NCBI GenBank assembly: GCA_963700285.1
Contig: CAVOXA010000022.1
Span: 279,844-343,843 of the forward strand
From: an uncultured Chloroflexia bacterium
GTDB lineage: Bacteria > Chloroflexota > Anaerolineae > JAAYZQ01
Direction of reading: 5' to 3'
DNA: 64,000 nucleotides
Below the pieces are notes generated by a model that saw only the letters and a list, made by a program, of their open reading frames with translations, was not told the DNA's origin and made no database searches. A program made the translations under genes and the position numbers. Below, piece after piece: positions 19,374 to 27,737 of this stretch; the stretch's first letter is position 1, and every line of letters starts with the position of its first letter.

Positions 19374-22250
19374 CTACAGGGGTCCAGCCGCACCAACAAG
19401 GAAGAACGGGGCCCAGTAGTAGGGATGCGCGCCAACAGCAGGCCCACCGCCATCTCCCTCCTGCAGGAACTGCAACTGGGCGTGGCGCAGCGCTGCCCCC
19501 TTGGTCCATCCTTCCGACAGCTTTTCGTAAAAGGCGACCATCAGTTCGGCTGTGGAACGGTCCTCGACCGCCCACAGGCTGAGTACCAGCGAGGCCGCCC
19601 CGGCGCAGAGAAAGGCCCTCATCAGGCCCAAGAGTTCGTCTCCTCCGCCGACGACGTTGCGCCCCGTCTGGCAGGCGCTGAGCGTGACCAGCGAGGCCTG
19701 AAGGCGCAGACCAAAGATGTCGAGGGTGGTCAGCCAGCCGTCGGATAGGGATAGGCCAGAGAAGAGAGGGTTATCCGCCCGGAAATCTCCGTGGGCGGCC
19801 AGGTGTACGGTGCGAACCTGGCCCATCATCTCCCCGATTTCCTCCGGCCTGGCCTGGTCCTCCAGCAGGACCTGGCCCCCCAGGAGCGCGGCCACCGCTT
19901 GGGCCTCGTGTACAACGTGGGGCAGGTGACCGCTGAGGGAATGCCCAACCGCCAGCAAGCCCGAATGGGCCAGTGGGGCCTCCTGGCAGTAGCGCAGGAA
20001 GCTTGCGCCGGGCAGGTAGCTGACCTCGTACTGCTCCAGAAGGTACGACGTCCCATCGTGCAGGGCATGAAAGGGCAGGTAGTGCAGCAGGCCGTGGGGC
20101 ACAACGACCAGCTTCTGGTATCCCCCCAGGTAACTGGCCAGCGGCGCCAAAAGCAACTGGTAGAGCTTGTGCAGGAGACCCCGGGCGTTGGCCGCTAGCC
20201 TGGTCACCTGTTCCTCTCCGCTCCGGGGCACGGCCTCCAGATTGAGCCACAGACGCTTCACAATCGGTTGGATGTCGGCCAGTTTACAGCCCAAGCGGTG
20301 GGCCTGCACCTCGCGGTCCGAGACCAAGAACGCGATCAGTTCTCCGTGCAGGCAAAAGTACTCGATCAGCAGGGTATCCGGCGGCAAATAGGGTTGGACC
20401 GGCTCGGTGCGGATGGTCCACAGGCTGGCCTCGCGCGCATAGTCGGCGTTTCGGATCAGAAGCCGGTGCCACAGATCCGTGATCTCTTGCTCTAGACCCA
20501 GCACCTCCTGCTGGGCCTGGCGGCGATCCGCGTCCGCCGAAGACCAGCCCCGTTCGGCGGATTCGTCGTCGCCTTCCCAGCGGCGGTACAGTCGATCTCG
20601 CTTGGCACGCAGCCGGAGGAGCTCGTCGACCAGGGGGCGGTCGGCTTCGCTGTGGGCCTGGATCCCCAGGCTGAGGCGATGGGTCACCAGGTCGAGCAGG
20701 CTGCGGCTCTTGGCCTGCTCTGCAACCTGCAGTCCGCGCGCTGGATTGCCCAGTTCCAGGCAGGCAGCTACGGCGTCCTCGTAGAGGGTCTCCTTGTCTT
20801 CCACGAAACCGACCCGGAACTCGACCATCAGGCGGCCTCGCAGACGCTCCACTCTTTCGATGGCCCGGTCGTAGGCTGCCAGGGCAGCCGGCAGATCCCC
20901 CGCTCCGGCTGCCACGGCGCCCAAAATGTGCTGGCCCTGGTACTCAAGCGCCGGGACATTGTGCTCCTGGGCGGCGCTCAGTGCCTGCTCGGCCAGCGCG
21001 CGGGCCAGGTCACCACTTTCCAGCGCCGCCGCGGCCCGGGCGGCTACTAGGCGAGCCTGTGCGCCTTCGATGGGCAGGTCGTGAGCGCCAAAGACCGCAG
21101 CGCAGTCCTGGGCCAGGGCCAGGCTTTCCTGGTAGCGCCCCTGCCGCTGGAGTACGGCCGCGATCTCGACGTCGGTGGAGGCCGCCAGGGCGCGGTTGCC
21201 CTCCGCCTCGAAGGCTTTGCGTGCTTCGGCCAGAGAGGCCAGGGCGTCTTCATAGCGGCCCAATTCTGCGTAGGCGACCGCCTCGTTGACGACGGCATGG
21301 CCTACCCAGTCTCGCATGCCGAGGCTGGCTAAAAGAGTGCGCGCCCGTTGGCATGTCTTCAGGACGTCGCCAAACCGCCGGAGCTGCAAGAGGCAATCGC
21401 TGGTGAGAAGCTCCACCACCATGGCGTCGCGCTGGCGACCATCGGCCAAAAAGATCTCACGCACCTGTTCAAGGTGGGCCAGGGCCTCGTTGTAGCGCCC
21501 CAGGACAAAGTAGGTGAGGGCCAGGCACTGGCGTGCTCGAGCCGCTTCGACCGTCTGTCCCTGGCGCTCCATCCCGGACATGGCCGTCCGGCTGGCCTCG
21601 ATCGATTCCTCGAAACGTCCCAGCGTGCAGAGGGCGACGGCCCGATTCTGTTGGGCCAACAGCCACATAGACTGACCATCGGCGCCAATCTCCTCGTATA
21701 GTTCGGCCGCCCGGTCAAAGCTCGCCAACGAGCGTAGTTCATCTCCGGCGCGGCTGTGGACGATGCCCAGGTTCATGGTTAGCGTGGCCAGGATCTGCCA
21801 TTCGCCTTCCTCCTCCAGCACGCCGCTGGCCCACCGCCCGGCTTCGAGGGCTTTTTCGTAGCGGCCCAGATTGGCCAGTGCGCCGATCTTGCCTACCTGG
21901 GAGCGGGCCTGCTCCGTGGCACGCCCGTGGCTGCCATAGATCTCGGCCGCCTGATCGTACAAAGCGATAGACTTTTCGTACTCGGCCAGGCCGATGCAAA
22001 GGGCATTGGCCTGGGCCAAAAGGCCTTGGGCGTGGTGCAGGCGGTCGCCCGATAGCTCGGCCAGGACAAAGAGAAGCTGGGCGGTCTCTTGCGAGCGATG
22101 GATGTCCGACCAGAGGTACTGGTCGGCCTGGCCTTTGAGCGCAGTTGCGACCTGGCCGTCCAGCAGGGCGGCGTTGGCCCGCAGGAACCTTTCCTGGGCC
22201 CTCACGTCGGGGAGTGCCAGCAGTCTCTCGATCAGTTCCTCAGTGGACAT
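19374..22250 (-). CDS. TPR-repeat + CHAT domain (caspase/HetF-like) protease
   Basis: Long TPR region, AEQAKSRSLLD, VVPHGLLHYLPFHAL, catalytic HLAAHG and LSACQTG, SLWAVED, HPYYWAPF. Confidence 0.93.
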   Translation of the reverse strand: MSTEELIERLLALPDVRAQERFLRANAALLDGQVATALKGQADQYLWSDIHRSQETAQLLFVLAELSGDRLHHAQGLLAQANALCIGLAEYEKSIALYDQAAEIYGSHGRATEQARSQVGKIGALANLGRYEKALEAGRWASGVLEEEGEWQILATLTMNLGIVHSRAGDELRSLASFDRAAELYEEIGADGQSMWLLAQQNRAVALCTLGRFEESIEASRTAMSGMERQGQTVEAARARQCLALTYFVLGRYNEALAHLEQVREIFLADGRQRDAMVVELLTSDCLLQLRRFGDVLKTCQRARTLLASLGMRDWVGHAVVNEAVAYAELGRYEDALASLAEARKAFEAEGNRALAASTDVEIAAVLQRQGRYQESLALAQDCAAVFGAHDLPIEGAQARLVAARAAAALESGDLARALAEQALSAAQEHNVPALEYQGQHILGAVAAGAGDLPAALAAYDRAIERVERLRGRLMVEFRVGFVEDKETLYEDAVAACLELGNPARGLQVAEQAKSRSLLDLVTHRLSLGIQAHSEADRPLVDELLRLRAKRDRLYRRWEGDDESAERGWSSADADRRQAQQEVLGLEQEITDLWHRLLIRNADYAREASLWTIRTEPVQPYLPPDTLLIEYFCLHGELIAFLVSDREVQAHRLGCKLADIQPIVKRLWLNLEAVPRSGEEQVTRLAANARGLLHKLYQLLLAPLASYLGGYQKLVVVPHGLLHYLPFHALHDGTSYLLEQYEVSYLPGASFLRYCQEAPLAHSGLLAVGHSLSGHLPHVVHEAQAVAALLGGQVLLEDQARPEEIGEMMGQVRTVHLAAHGDFRADNPLFSGLSLSDGWLTTLDIFGLRLQASLVTLSACQTGRNVVGGGDELLGLMRAFLCAGAASLVLSLWAVEDRSTAELMVAFYEKLSEGWTKGAALRHAQLQFLQEGDGGGPAVGAHPYYWAPFFLVGAAGPL

Positions 22251-22272
22251 GATCCTCTTTGGCGTCAGGCGC

Positions 22273-23010
22273 CTATGGATCGCCTATCTTCAGCTCCGGG
22301 ATCTGGATCTCCACCTCGCGCCCGCTGAGCATCAGTTGGTAGTCTCCCGGGGCCAGGTTGGAGATGGTAAAGTTGCCCAATTCATCCACGGCAACCTCCG
22401 CGACCAGCCGGTCATCCTGCCAAAGCCGGGCCTCCAGGCCGCTGGGTTCTCCACCAGCGACCAAGCCCAGCAGGCCAAGGAACTCCTGCCGCTCGTCGTC
22501 GTGCTCGATCTCGACGACCAGTTGGTACTCTTCAGCCTGGTAGACCAGAGGTCCCCCCTCCTCGTCACCACGCAGCCCGGCAAAGGCCGGAGCGGGTGCC
22601 AGTGTGGGCAACTGGCCCGGCCCCGGTACCCTCCGTACCAACTCGGCGATCACGATCTTGACTTGCTCCAGCGCGCCCAGTGCAACGTCTGGCGCCAGCT
22701 CAGCCAGGTAGGTCTGTAACTGCGCGACTTCGCGGCTGCAGTGAGGACATTCCGCCAGGTGTAGGGCTACCGCCCCGGCCTGTTCCTGGCCCAGCAGGCC
22801 CAAATGGTATTCTCCCAGGTCTGTCGAGGAAGGGCAGGCAAGGCGGTACAGCCTGGAGGCCAGGCGTCCTTGCAGCAGGGCCAATTGGCTGGCTCTCTCC
22901 CTGCACTGCGCGCACTGCCCCACGTGCTCGACCACCTCGCTGTCTGCCTCGCCATCAAGGTAGGCCAAGAGCTGCGCATCCCCCAACTCTGGCCTGTGTT
23001 CACTTGTCAT
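22273..23010 (-). CDS. Putative anti-sigma factor: two HxxxCxxC zinc fingers plus C-terminal beta-sandwich (carboxypeptidase-regulatory-like)
   Basis: LLAYLDGE..HVGQCAQC and HLAECPHC; VDELGNFTISNLAPGDYQL; directly downstream of sigma gene; no TM. Confidence 0.75.
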   Translation of the reverse strand: MTSEHRPELGDAQLLAYLDGEADSEVVEHVGQCAQCRERASQLALLQGRLASRLYRLACPSSTDLGEYHLGLLGQEQAGAVALHLAECPHCSREVAQLQTYLAELAPDVALGALEQVKIVIAELVRRVPGPGQLPTLAPAPAFAGLRGDEEGGPLVYQAEEYQLVVEIEHDDERQEFLGLLGLVAGGEPSGLEARLWQDDRLVAEVAVDELGNFTISNLAPGDYQLMLSGREVEIQIPELKIGDP

Positions 23011-23055
23011 GGGTTCCTCTCCTTCGCGATACTAAACGCAGCAACCCGCCCTTTT

Positions 23056-23760
23056 TCATGCATCGCCCCGCAAGATCTTTTGCAGTTCGGTATCGCGGCC
23101 CAGCCGGGCGAGTACGTTCTCCTTGATGCGGTAGACCTCTTTTACATCGCGAAAGCTCTCCTCGAACTGGGCGTAAAGCTCGCGGGGCTTGAGGGCCAGA
23201 ACGAAGGAGCCATAGACGATGATCCGCTCTCGATCATCGTTGAGGCGCGCGGTCACCTGCTGCCAGAGCTCCTCGCGGCGAAAGCGATCCCATTCCTGTT
23301 CACCGCCTGGGGCCCCGTCTGTCGCGGCCTGGCCGGAATGGCCCTCCGGCTCAAGGTCGACGAGCTGGAGTTGGGCCCGCCGGGAATCGTCGATGATGGC
23401 GCTGTGCGCGCACATCTGCAGGTAGCGCAGCAGTGACTTGAGATCAGGAAAGCGCTGGAACCTCTCGGGTGGCAGGGCGACCCACATCTTTTCAAAGGCG
23501 CGATTGACAAAGTACTGGACCTCCTCGCCGCTGGCCGGAAAGGAGGAATGGCGCCGGATCCAGCCGATCACAAGGGGGCGGTACTGGGTGTAGACCAGGT
23601 CCCAGGCGTCCTGGTCTCGTTCGACGATGGCGCGGCGGAACATTTCGAAGCAGAACCGGGGGTTGTGTCGCTTCTTTTGGAAAAAGAGGGTCGTTTCCTG
23701 AGCGCAGCGGCGCGCGATGCCAACAAGAGGTACTTGCTTCAAGTCATTCTGTTGGGCCAT
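23056..23760 (-). CDS. ECF-type sigma-70 family factor
   Basis: DQDAWDLVYTQYRPLVIGW and FVNRAFEKMW (region 2-like), C-terminal region 4-like helix-turn-helix; start at MAQQND assumed. Confidence 0.8.
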   Translation of the reverse strand: MAQQNDLKQVPLVGIARRCAQETTLFFQKKRHNPRFCFEMFRRAIVERDQDAWDLVYTQYRPLVIGWIRRHSSFPASGEEVQYFVNRAFEKMWVALPPERFQRFPDLKSLLRYLQMCAHSAIIDDSRRAQLQLVDLEPEGHSGQAATDGAPGGEQEWDRFRREELWQQVTARLNDDRERIIVYGSFVLALKPRELYAQFEESFRDVKEVYRIKENVLARLGRDTELQKILRGDA

Positions 23761-23931
23761 GTGCTCCACACCCAGTCGCTCGGGGCATCGGCTGTCCTGC
23801 CGGATCATGGAAACCGCCAGCCGGCACAGTTGCTGGCACCGCCGCTTTCCCACACCTGCTGCGGTTGGCCAGGTTACCGTGAGCTTGCGGTACAGGTTGG
23901 ATGGGCTGAATGTCCGCCCCATTTCCCCCAA

Positions 23932-23960
23932 ATTATACCATAACGAGGGCGCTTTTGCAA
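23932..23960 (-). promoter_or_regulatory. Near-consensus sigma70 promoter for the sigma/CHAT/S8 operon
   Basis: Minus strand TTGCAA-17-TATAAT with TG extension. Confidence 0.65.
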
Positions 23961-24005
23961 GGGGCAAAAGTAGGGACAGTATGCCTGGCTGTCCCGTTCG
24001 ATGTT

Positions 24006-24034
24006 TTGCCGTCCCATCTAAAAGATAGTATAAT
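24006..24034 (+). promoter_or_regulatory. Divergent sigma70 promoter for the LuxR regulator
   Basis: TTGCCG-17-TATAAT. Confidence 0.6.
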
Positions 24035-24161
24035 GTGGCCCGCGGCCCTGACGCCAATCAGTTTCCATCATGTCGGATGGAGTCACAAACACAGGCTCCT
24101 CGGCGCCGCCAACGCGGGCGGGGAGCCGAGCCGGTCAGCACAAGAACCGTGGGGAGAGGGC

Positions 24162-24803
24162 ATGATCCGCCTGTTGATCGTCACCGAGATTGAACTCATT
24201 GGCAATGTCCTTGCTGCCTCGATGGAGGAAGCGCCGGACATAGAGGTTATCGGCTGCGCCACCTCTGCGGAAGAGGCGATGAGTAGGGTAGCGGAAGCCG
24301 ACGTGATCCTGGTGAGCCCCAGGCTGCCCGAAGAAGGCGCCCTGAGGCTCACCACAACCATCGCCGAAAACCATGCTTCGGTCAAAATCCTGGCCTTTGG
24401 TTTGGCCGAATCCCAAGCCCAGGTCCTCAAGTACATCGAGGCCGGCGCCGACGGATATGTGGCCAGTGACGACTCGGTCGAGGATCTGCTGACACGTATC
24501 CGCCTTGCTCACCAGGACAAGGCTGTGGTCTCTCCCGCAATCGCTGCCGCCTTGATGTCGAGGGTGAAAATGTACGCCCAGTTGCTCTCCGACGTCGAAT
24601 TGGGGCTGTACGAAGACGCGGACCTGACTCCCCGCGAGCGCGAGGTCCTCGATCTGATCGCCCTCGGGCTCAGCAATCAAGAGATTGCCGACCGGTTGGT
24701 TATCGAAGTGGGCACGGTCAAGAACCACGTCCACAGCATTCTGCAAAAGTTGAACGTGGGCAGCCGGGAGGACGCCGCGGCCTATCTGGCCCTTGTGGAA
24801 TAG
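24162..24803 (+). CDS. NarL/LuxR family regulator with atypical receiver domain
   Basis: LTPREREVL..G.SNQEIA..L.I...TVKNHVHSILQKL; receiver lacks DD, phosphoacceptor D and conserved K. Confidence 0.9.
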   Translation: MIRLLIVTEIELIGNVLAASMEEAPDIEVIGCATSAEEAMSRVAEADVILVSPRLPEEGALRLTTTIAENHASVKILAFGLAESQAQVLKYIEAGADGYVASDDSVEDLLTRIRLAHQDKAVVSPAIAAALMSRVKMYAQLLSDVELGLYEDADLTPREREVLDLIALGLSNQEIADRLVIEVGTVKNHVHSILQKLNVGSREDAAAYLALVE

Positions 24804-25121
24804 GACACAGCCGGCCAAGGAACAGCCCCAACCATCTTTTCAGCAGCCTCGGCGTCGTTCCCCAGTGACGCCTCGCTCGACACCAAATCTCATCAAGGTT
24901 TGACCGGAGAGAGACCCTGGCGTGGGTCTCGTCGCCCTCCTTCTTGCCTGGATATATCCACATTTATATCCTTGGCCTATACCTCGATACATGGACACGG
25001 GCCCTCTTTTCGGTTATCCTAAAGATGGGACTATGGTCGCGCAAATGATTCGCCAGTGGCCCTGGTCTGTGTGGCACAGGTCGGCCCCTGGCCTGCGAAA
25101 GCACCGGAGGTAAGGTCAACC

Positions 25122-25517
25122 ATGCAAAGGAGCCGAGTCATATTGGCCAATGAGCCAAGACTGCTGCGGGGGATGCTTCGGCGCGCGATTTCCAGAGCGC
25201 CTGGGTTGCAGGTGGCGGGCGAGACGACGGATCCGGGGGAGCTGTCATCCCTGGTTCGCGAGAGCGGCGCCCAGTGGGTCATCACATCGCTCTGGCCCGA
25301 GGGGTTGGCGCCCAGCATTGTCCAGGCCCTGTTGATAGAGCAACCGGCCCTGTCCATCCTGGGCATGGCCGCCGACGGCAGCCGGGCCAAGATCGCACGC
25401 CTGATTGCGGAAGAAGAAACGCGCCAAGACCTATCTTGGGAAGATTTGTTGACGATTCTCAGTCGCCCAGAATCTGCTGCCCAAAGGCTTGCCACGGGCG
25501 GCGATCCCGACTCATAG
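25122..25517 (+). CDS. Stand-alone pseudo-receiver-like protein
   Basis: RVILANEPRLLRGMLRRAISRAPGLQVAGE resembles a NarL receiver N-terminus; GGAGGT RBS. Confidence 0.6.
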   Translation: MQRSRVILANEPRLLRGMLRRAISRAPGLQVAGETTDPGELSSLVRESGAQWVITSLWPEGLAPSIVQALLIEQPALSILGMAADGSRAKIARLIAEEETRQDLSWEDLLTILSRPESAAQRLATGGDPDS

Positions 25518-25605
25518 CGTGACATGCGGATCGCATTGGCTGCAGGCCAATTTAGACCGAGCGAAGCCGAGGGACAGCAGGCAAAGTGTAGGAAAGGATG
25601 GCATT

Positions 25606-25809
25606 ATGCCGAAACTGAAAACTCATAAGGCAACTGCAAAACGGTTCAAGATCACAGGCAAGGGCAGGCTGCGCCGGCTAAAGGCGCGACGCAGTCACCT
25701 GCGCCGTACAAAGTCAAAGCGAGTCCGCCGCTCCTTCGATAAGGACCAGCCCGTGGCCAGAGTCGATCGCAAGCGCGTCAGGCGGCTTCTGGGGCTGGGA
25801 AGGCCATAG
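25606..25809 (+). CDS. rpmI: 50S ribosomal protein bL35 (outside the infC-rpmI-rplT context)
   Basis: MPKLKTHKATAKRFKITGKG...HLRRTKS. Confidence 0.92.
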   Translation: MPKLKTHKATAKRFKITGKGRLRRLKARRSHLRRTKSKRVRRSFDKDQPVARVDRKRVRRLLGLGRP

Positions 25810-25819
25810 GAGGCTGATC

Positions 25820-26161
25820 ATGGTTGCGCGTCACAGGCTCACCCTACTCCGGCCGGCTGCCCTGCGGGTACGCGAGACACTCTCTGCGCCGCCATGCCCC
25901 TTGCCGTCTGAGCCGCAAAAACGATCGAGGCTCATGGAGCGGAAACTGAGAACCGTCAAGCCAACGAGGTTGGCTGAGGTTCTGCGCGACCTTGCCTGGC
26001 GCCAAAGGACAGGGCAAGCCAGTGAACAGGACGTGCGCCTTTTGCGCCGCGCTGATCGAGAACTGGCTCGTTGGCTGGCCACGCAAACGGGCGAAGAGAC
26101 GAAATGGGTCCGGCGACGGATGTGGGGCCTCGTCGACAGGGCCATCTCCCGTTTCGCCTGA
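25820..26161 (+). CDS. CarD C-terminal-domain-only protein
   Basis: KL......LAEVLRDLAWR...S..D.RLL..A...LA aligns by eye to the CarD CTD (VAEVVRDL); AGGAGG RBS. Confidence 0.65.
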   Translation: MVARHRLTLLRPAALRVRETLSAPPCPLPSEPQKRSRLMERKLRTVKPTRLAEVLRDLAWRQRTGQASEQDVRLLRRADRELARWLATQTGEETKWVRRRMWGLVDRAISRFA

Positions 26162-26186
26162 CGGGACAACAACCATGGGGGGCAAC

Positions 26187-26549
26187 ATGAAAGCTACAAA
26201 GCAATATCTTGAAAGACGATTGGCCGAAACACGCCAGGAACTGGCCCGGCTGGATAAGCGCCTGAAGGCAAAAGGCGATTATGGTCCGGGTAGAGGAGAT
26301 CCGCTTATCGTGCGTTGGGAACTCAACCTGGCGATCCGAGAAAGGACCCAGGAAAGGCTTGAACAACTGGAAGAGGCTCTGGCGCGCCTGGACGAAGGGG
26401 ACTATGGCAGTTGCGAGTCCTGCGGGCTGCCCATCCATCCGGAACGACTGGAAGCCTTGCCGGGCGCCACGCTCTGCATCAAGTGCGCGCGCGACATGGA
26501 GCAGGATGGCAGGCTGTCGGCCCTTGCCCTGGCTCAGGCTGCCCAGTGA
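26187..26549 (+). CDS. TraR/DksA C4-type zinc finger protein
   Basis: Coiled coil then ALARLDEGDYGSCESCGLPIHPERLEALPGATLCIKC. Confidence 0.9.
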   Translation: MKATKQYLERRLAETRQELARLDKRLKAKGDYGPGRGDPLIVRWELNLAIRERTQERLEQLEEALARLDEGDYGSCESCGLPIHPERLEALPGATLCIKCARDMEQDGRLSALALAQAAQ

Positions 26550-26595
26550 GCGGGCGATAGACTCCAAGTCATGAAGAAGGAAAGGTGGGATTGCC

Positions 26596-26694
26596 GTGGG
26601 TAGCGTCAAGAAATGGCGCAAGAAAAAGATTGCGAAGCACAAACATAGGAAAAAGCTGAAAAAGACCCGCTGGATCCGTCGCAGCAGAGGATAA
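26596..26694 (+). CDS. 32-aa basic protein, bS22 / AURKAIP1-COX24 (mS38) family
   Basis: Translated by hand: MGSVKKWRKKKIAKHKHRKKLKKTRWIRRSRG; GTG start after purine-rich AAGGAAAGGTGG; not in ORF track. Confidence 0.85.
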   Translation: MGSVKKWRKKKIAKHKHRKKLKKTRWIRRSRG

Positions 26695-26869
26695 GGATAG
26701 CGGGTTGCATAGCCTCGCGTCGGGCAGGGTCGAACGATGGCCAATGGTACACCAAATCACCGATAGGGGTATTCTTGTCAAGGCCACTAGTGAGGAGTTG
26801 GTCCAGCTTCCCGAGCACAGGCCCCGGGACCAGGCAGAAGTACTGGCCGAGTTGAGGGCACAACTGGAT

Positions 26870-27045
26870 GCGGCGCCATCGAAACAGATGCTGATCTCCT
26901 TGTTCTGGGGCGCCCGAGGCCTGACTCGGACCACAGTGTGTTCGAGATCGATGAATTCCATCAGTTCATGGCCGAGCTGGACTTTGGCGGCGACCTGCGT
27001 ACGATTGAGGTCAGGCCGCCGCCAGACGTTGGAACAATTCCGTAA
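26870..27045 (+). pseudogene. Possible C-terminal fragment of a universal stress protein
   Basis: Frame without start reads AIETDADLLVLGRPRPDSDHSVFEIDEFHQFMAELDFGGDLRTIEV; ADLLVLG is USP-like. Confidence 0.4.
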
Positions 27046-27212
27046 GCTCGCTGTCGCAGTTGTCATTCACTGTGGGGCCTGGTTCAAGCCCTGGCGACAG
27101 TCTGGCCAGAGGCCAAGCCGGATCTTTTTCTACGGTAGAAACGGCCATCCGGTCGCAGCCCTGGGCGCTTTGAGATCGAAATCAGACCACGATAGAAAGG
27201 AGGTGAGTTCAA

Positions 27213-27428
27213 TTGGCAACCGTCGCATTAAGATCGGGAGAGTCCCAAGAGCAATTGCTCAAACGCTTTCGCAAAGTAGTTCAGCGCGAGCGCGTCTTGA
27301 GTGAGGTCAGAAAGAGGCGATTTTTCTTATCGGATAGTGAAAAGAGGCGCAACGCTCTTCGCAAGGCGCAGCGTCGTGAACGCAAACGCCAATCGAAGCG
27401 GCAGAGATGGCAACATGGGTATTCGTGA
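27213..27428 (+). CDS. rpsU: 30S ribosomal protein bS21
   Basis: V.LRSGESQEQLLKRFRKVVQRERVLSEVRKRRFF...SEKRR; AAGGAGGTGA RBS, TTG start. Confidence 0.9.
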   Translation: MATVALRSGESQEQLLKRFRKVVQRERVLSEVRKRRFFLSDSEKRRNALRKAQRRERKRQSKRQRWQHGYS

Positions 27429-27642
27429 GAAACTGCTCTGAGGCTGCCACAAAACGCCAGCGCGCCTGGAGAACCCGGCACAACGCCCGAGCTGCCTGCA
27501 CAAGAGGGCGCGGAGAATCTATAGTTTCTCTCTGTTGTTGGTGGTTCACCAAGGTTTGAATTGGTGCTTTTGGCGGCCCGCGAGCTGCCCAGCCGGCCTT
27601 CGATCCCCACCTCAGCCTGCCGCCGGCCCTCCACGGCGGCGT

Positions 27643-27671
27643 TTGACAGAGCGCGGCCTGTATGATAGGAT
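27643..27671 (+). promoter_or_regulatory. Putative sigma70 promoter
   Basis: TTGACA-17-TAGGAT with TG extension. Confidence 0.6.
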
Positions 27672-27737
27672 GTCTCTGACGCAGCCGCCCTGAAACCCTG
27701 CAAGCGGGGCGCTACGCCCATCGGCGAGGGGACAAGG

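Noticed and set aside
19374-22250. Craspase (type III-E CRISPR) Csx29
   Set aside because: No gRAMP/Cas7-11, csx30/31 or array in the window; generic TPR-CHAT
23761-24161. N-terminal extensions of the sigma and LuxR ORFs
   Set aside because: They overlap each other and the two divergent promoters; downstream starts fit better
26705-27304. 199-aa ORF as a real gene
   Set aside because: Overlaps rpsU and has no recognisable motif; a USP-like fragment lies in another frame
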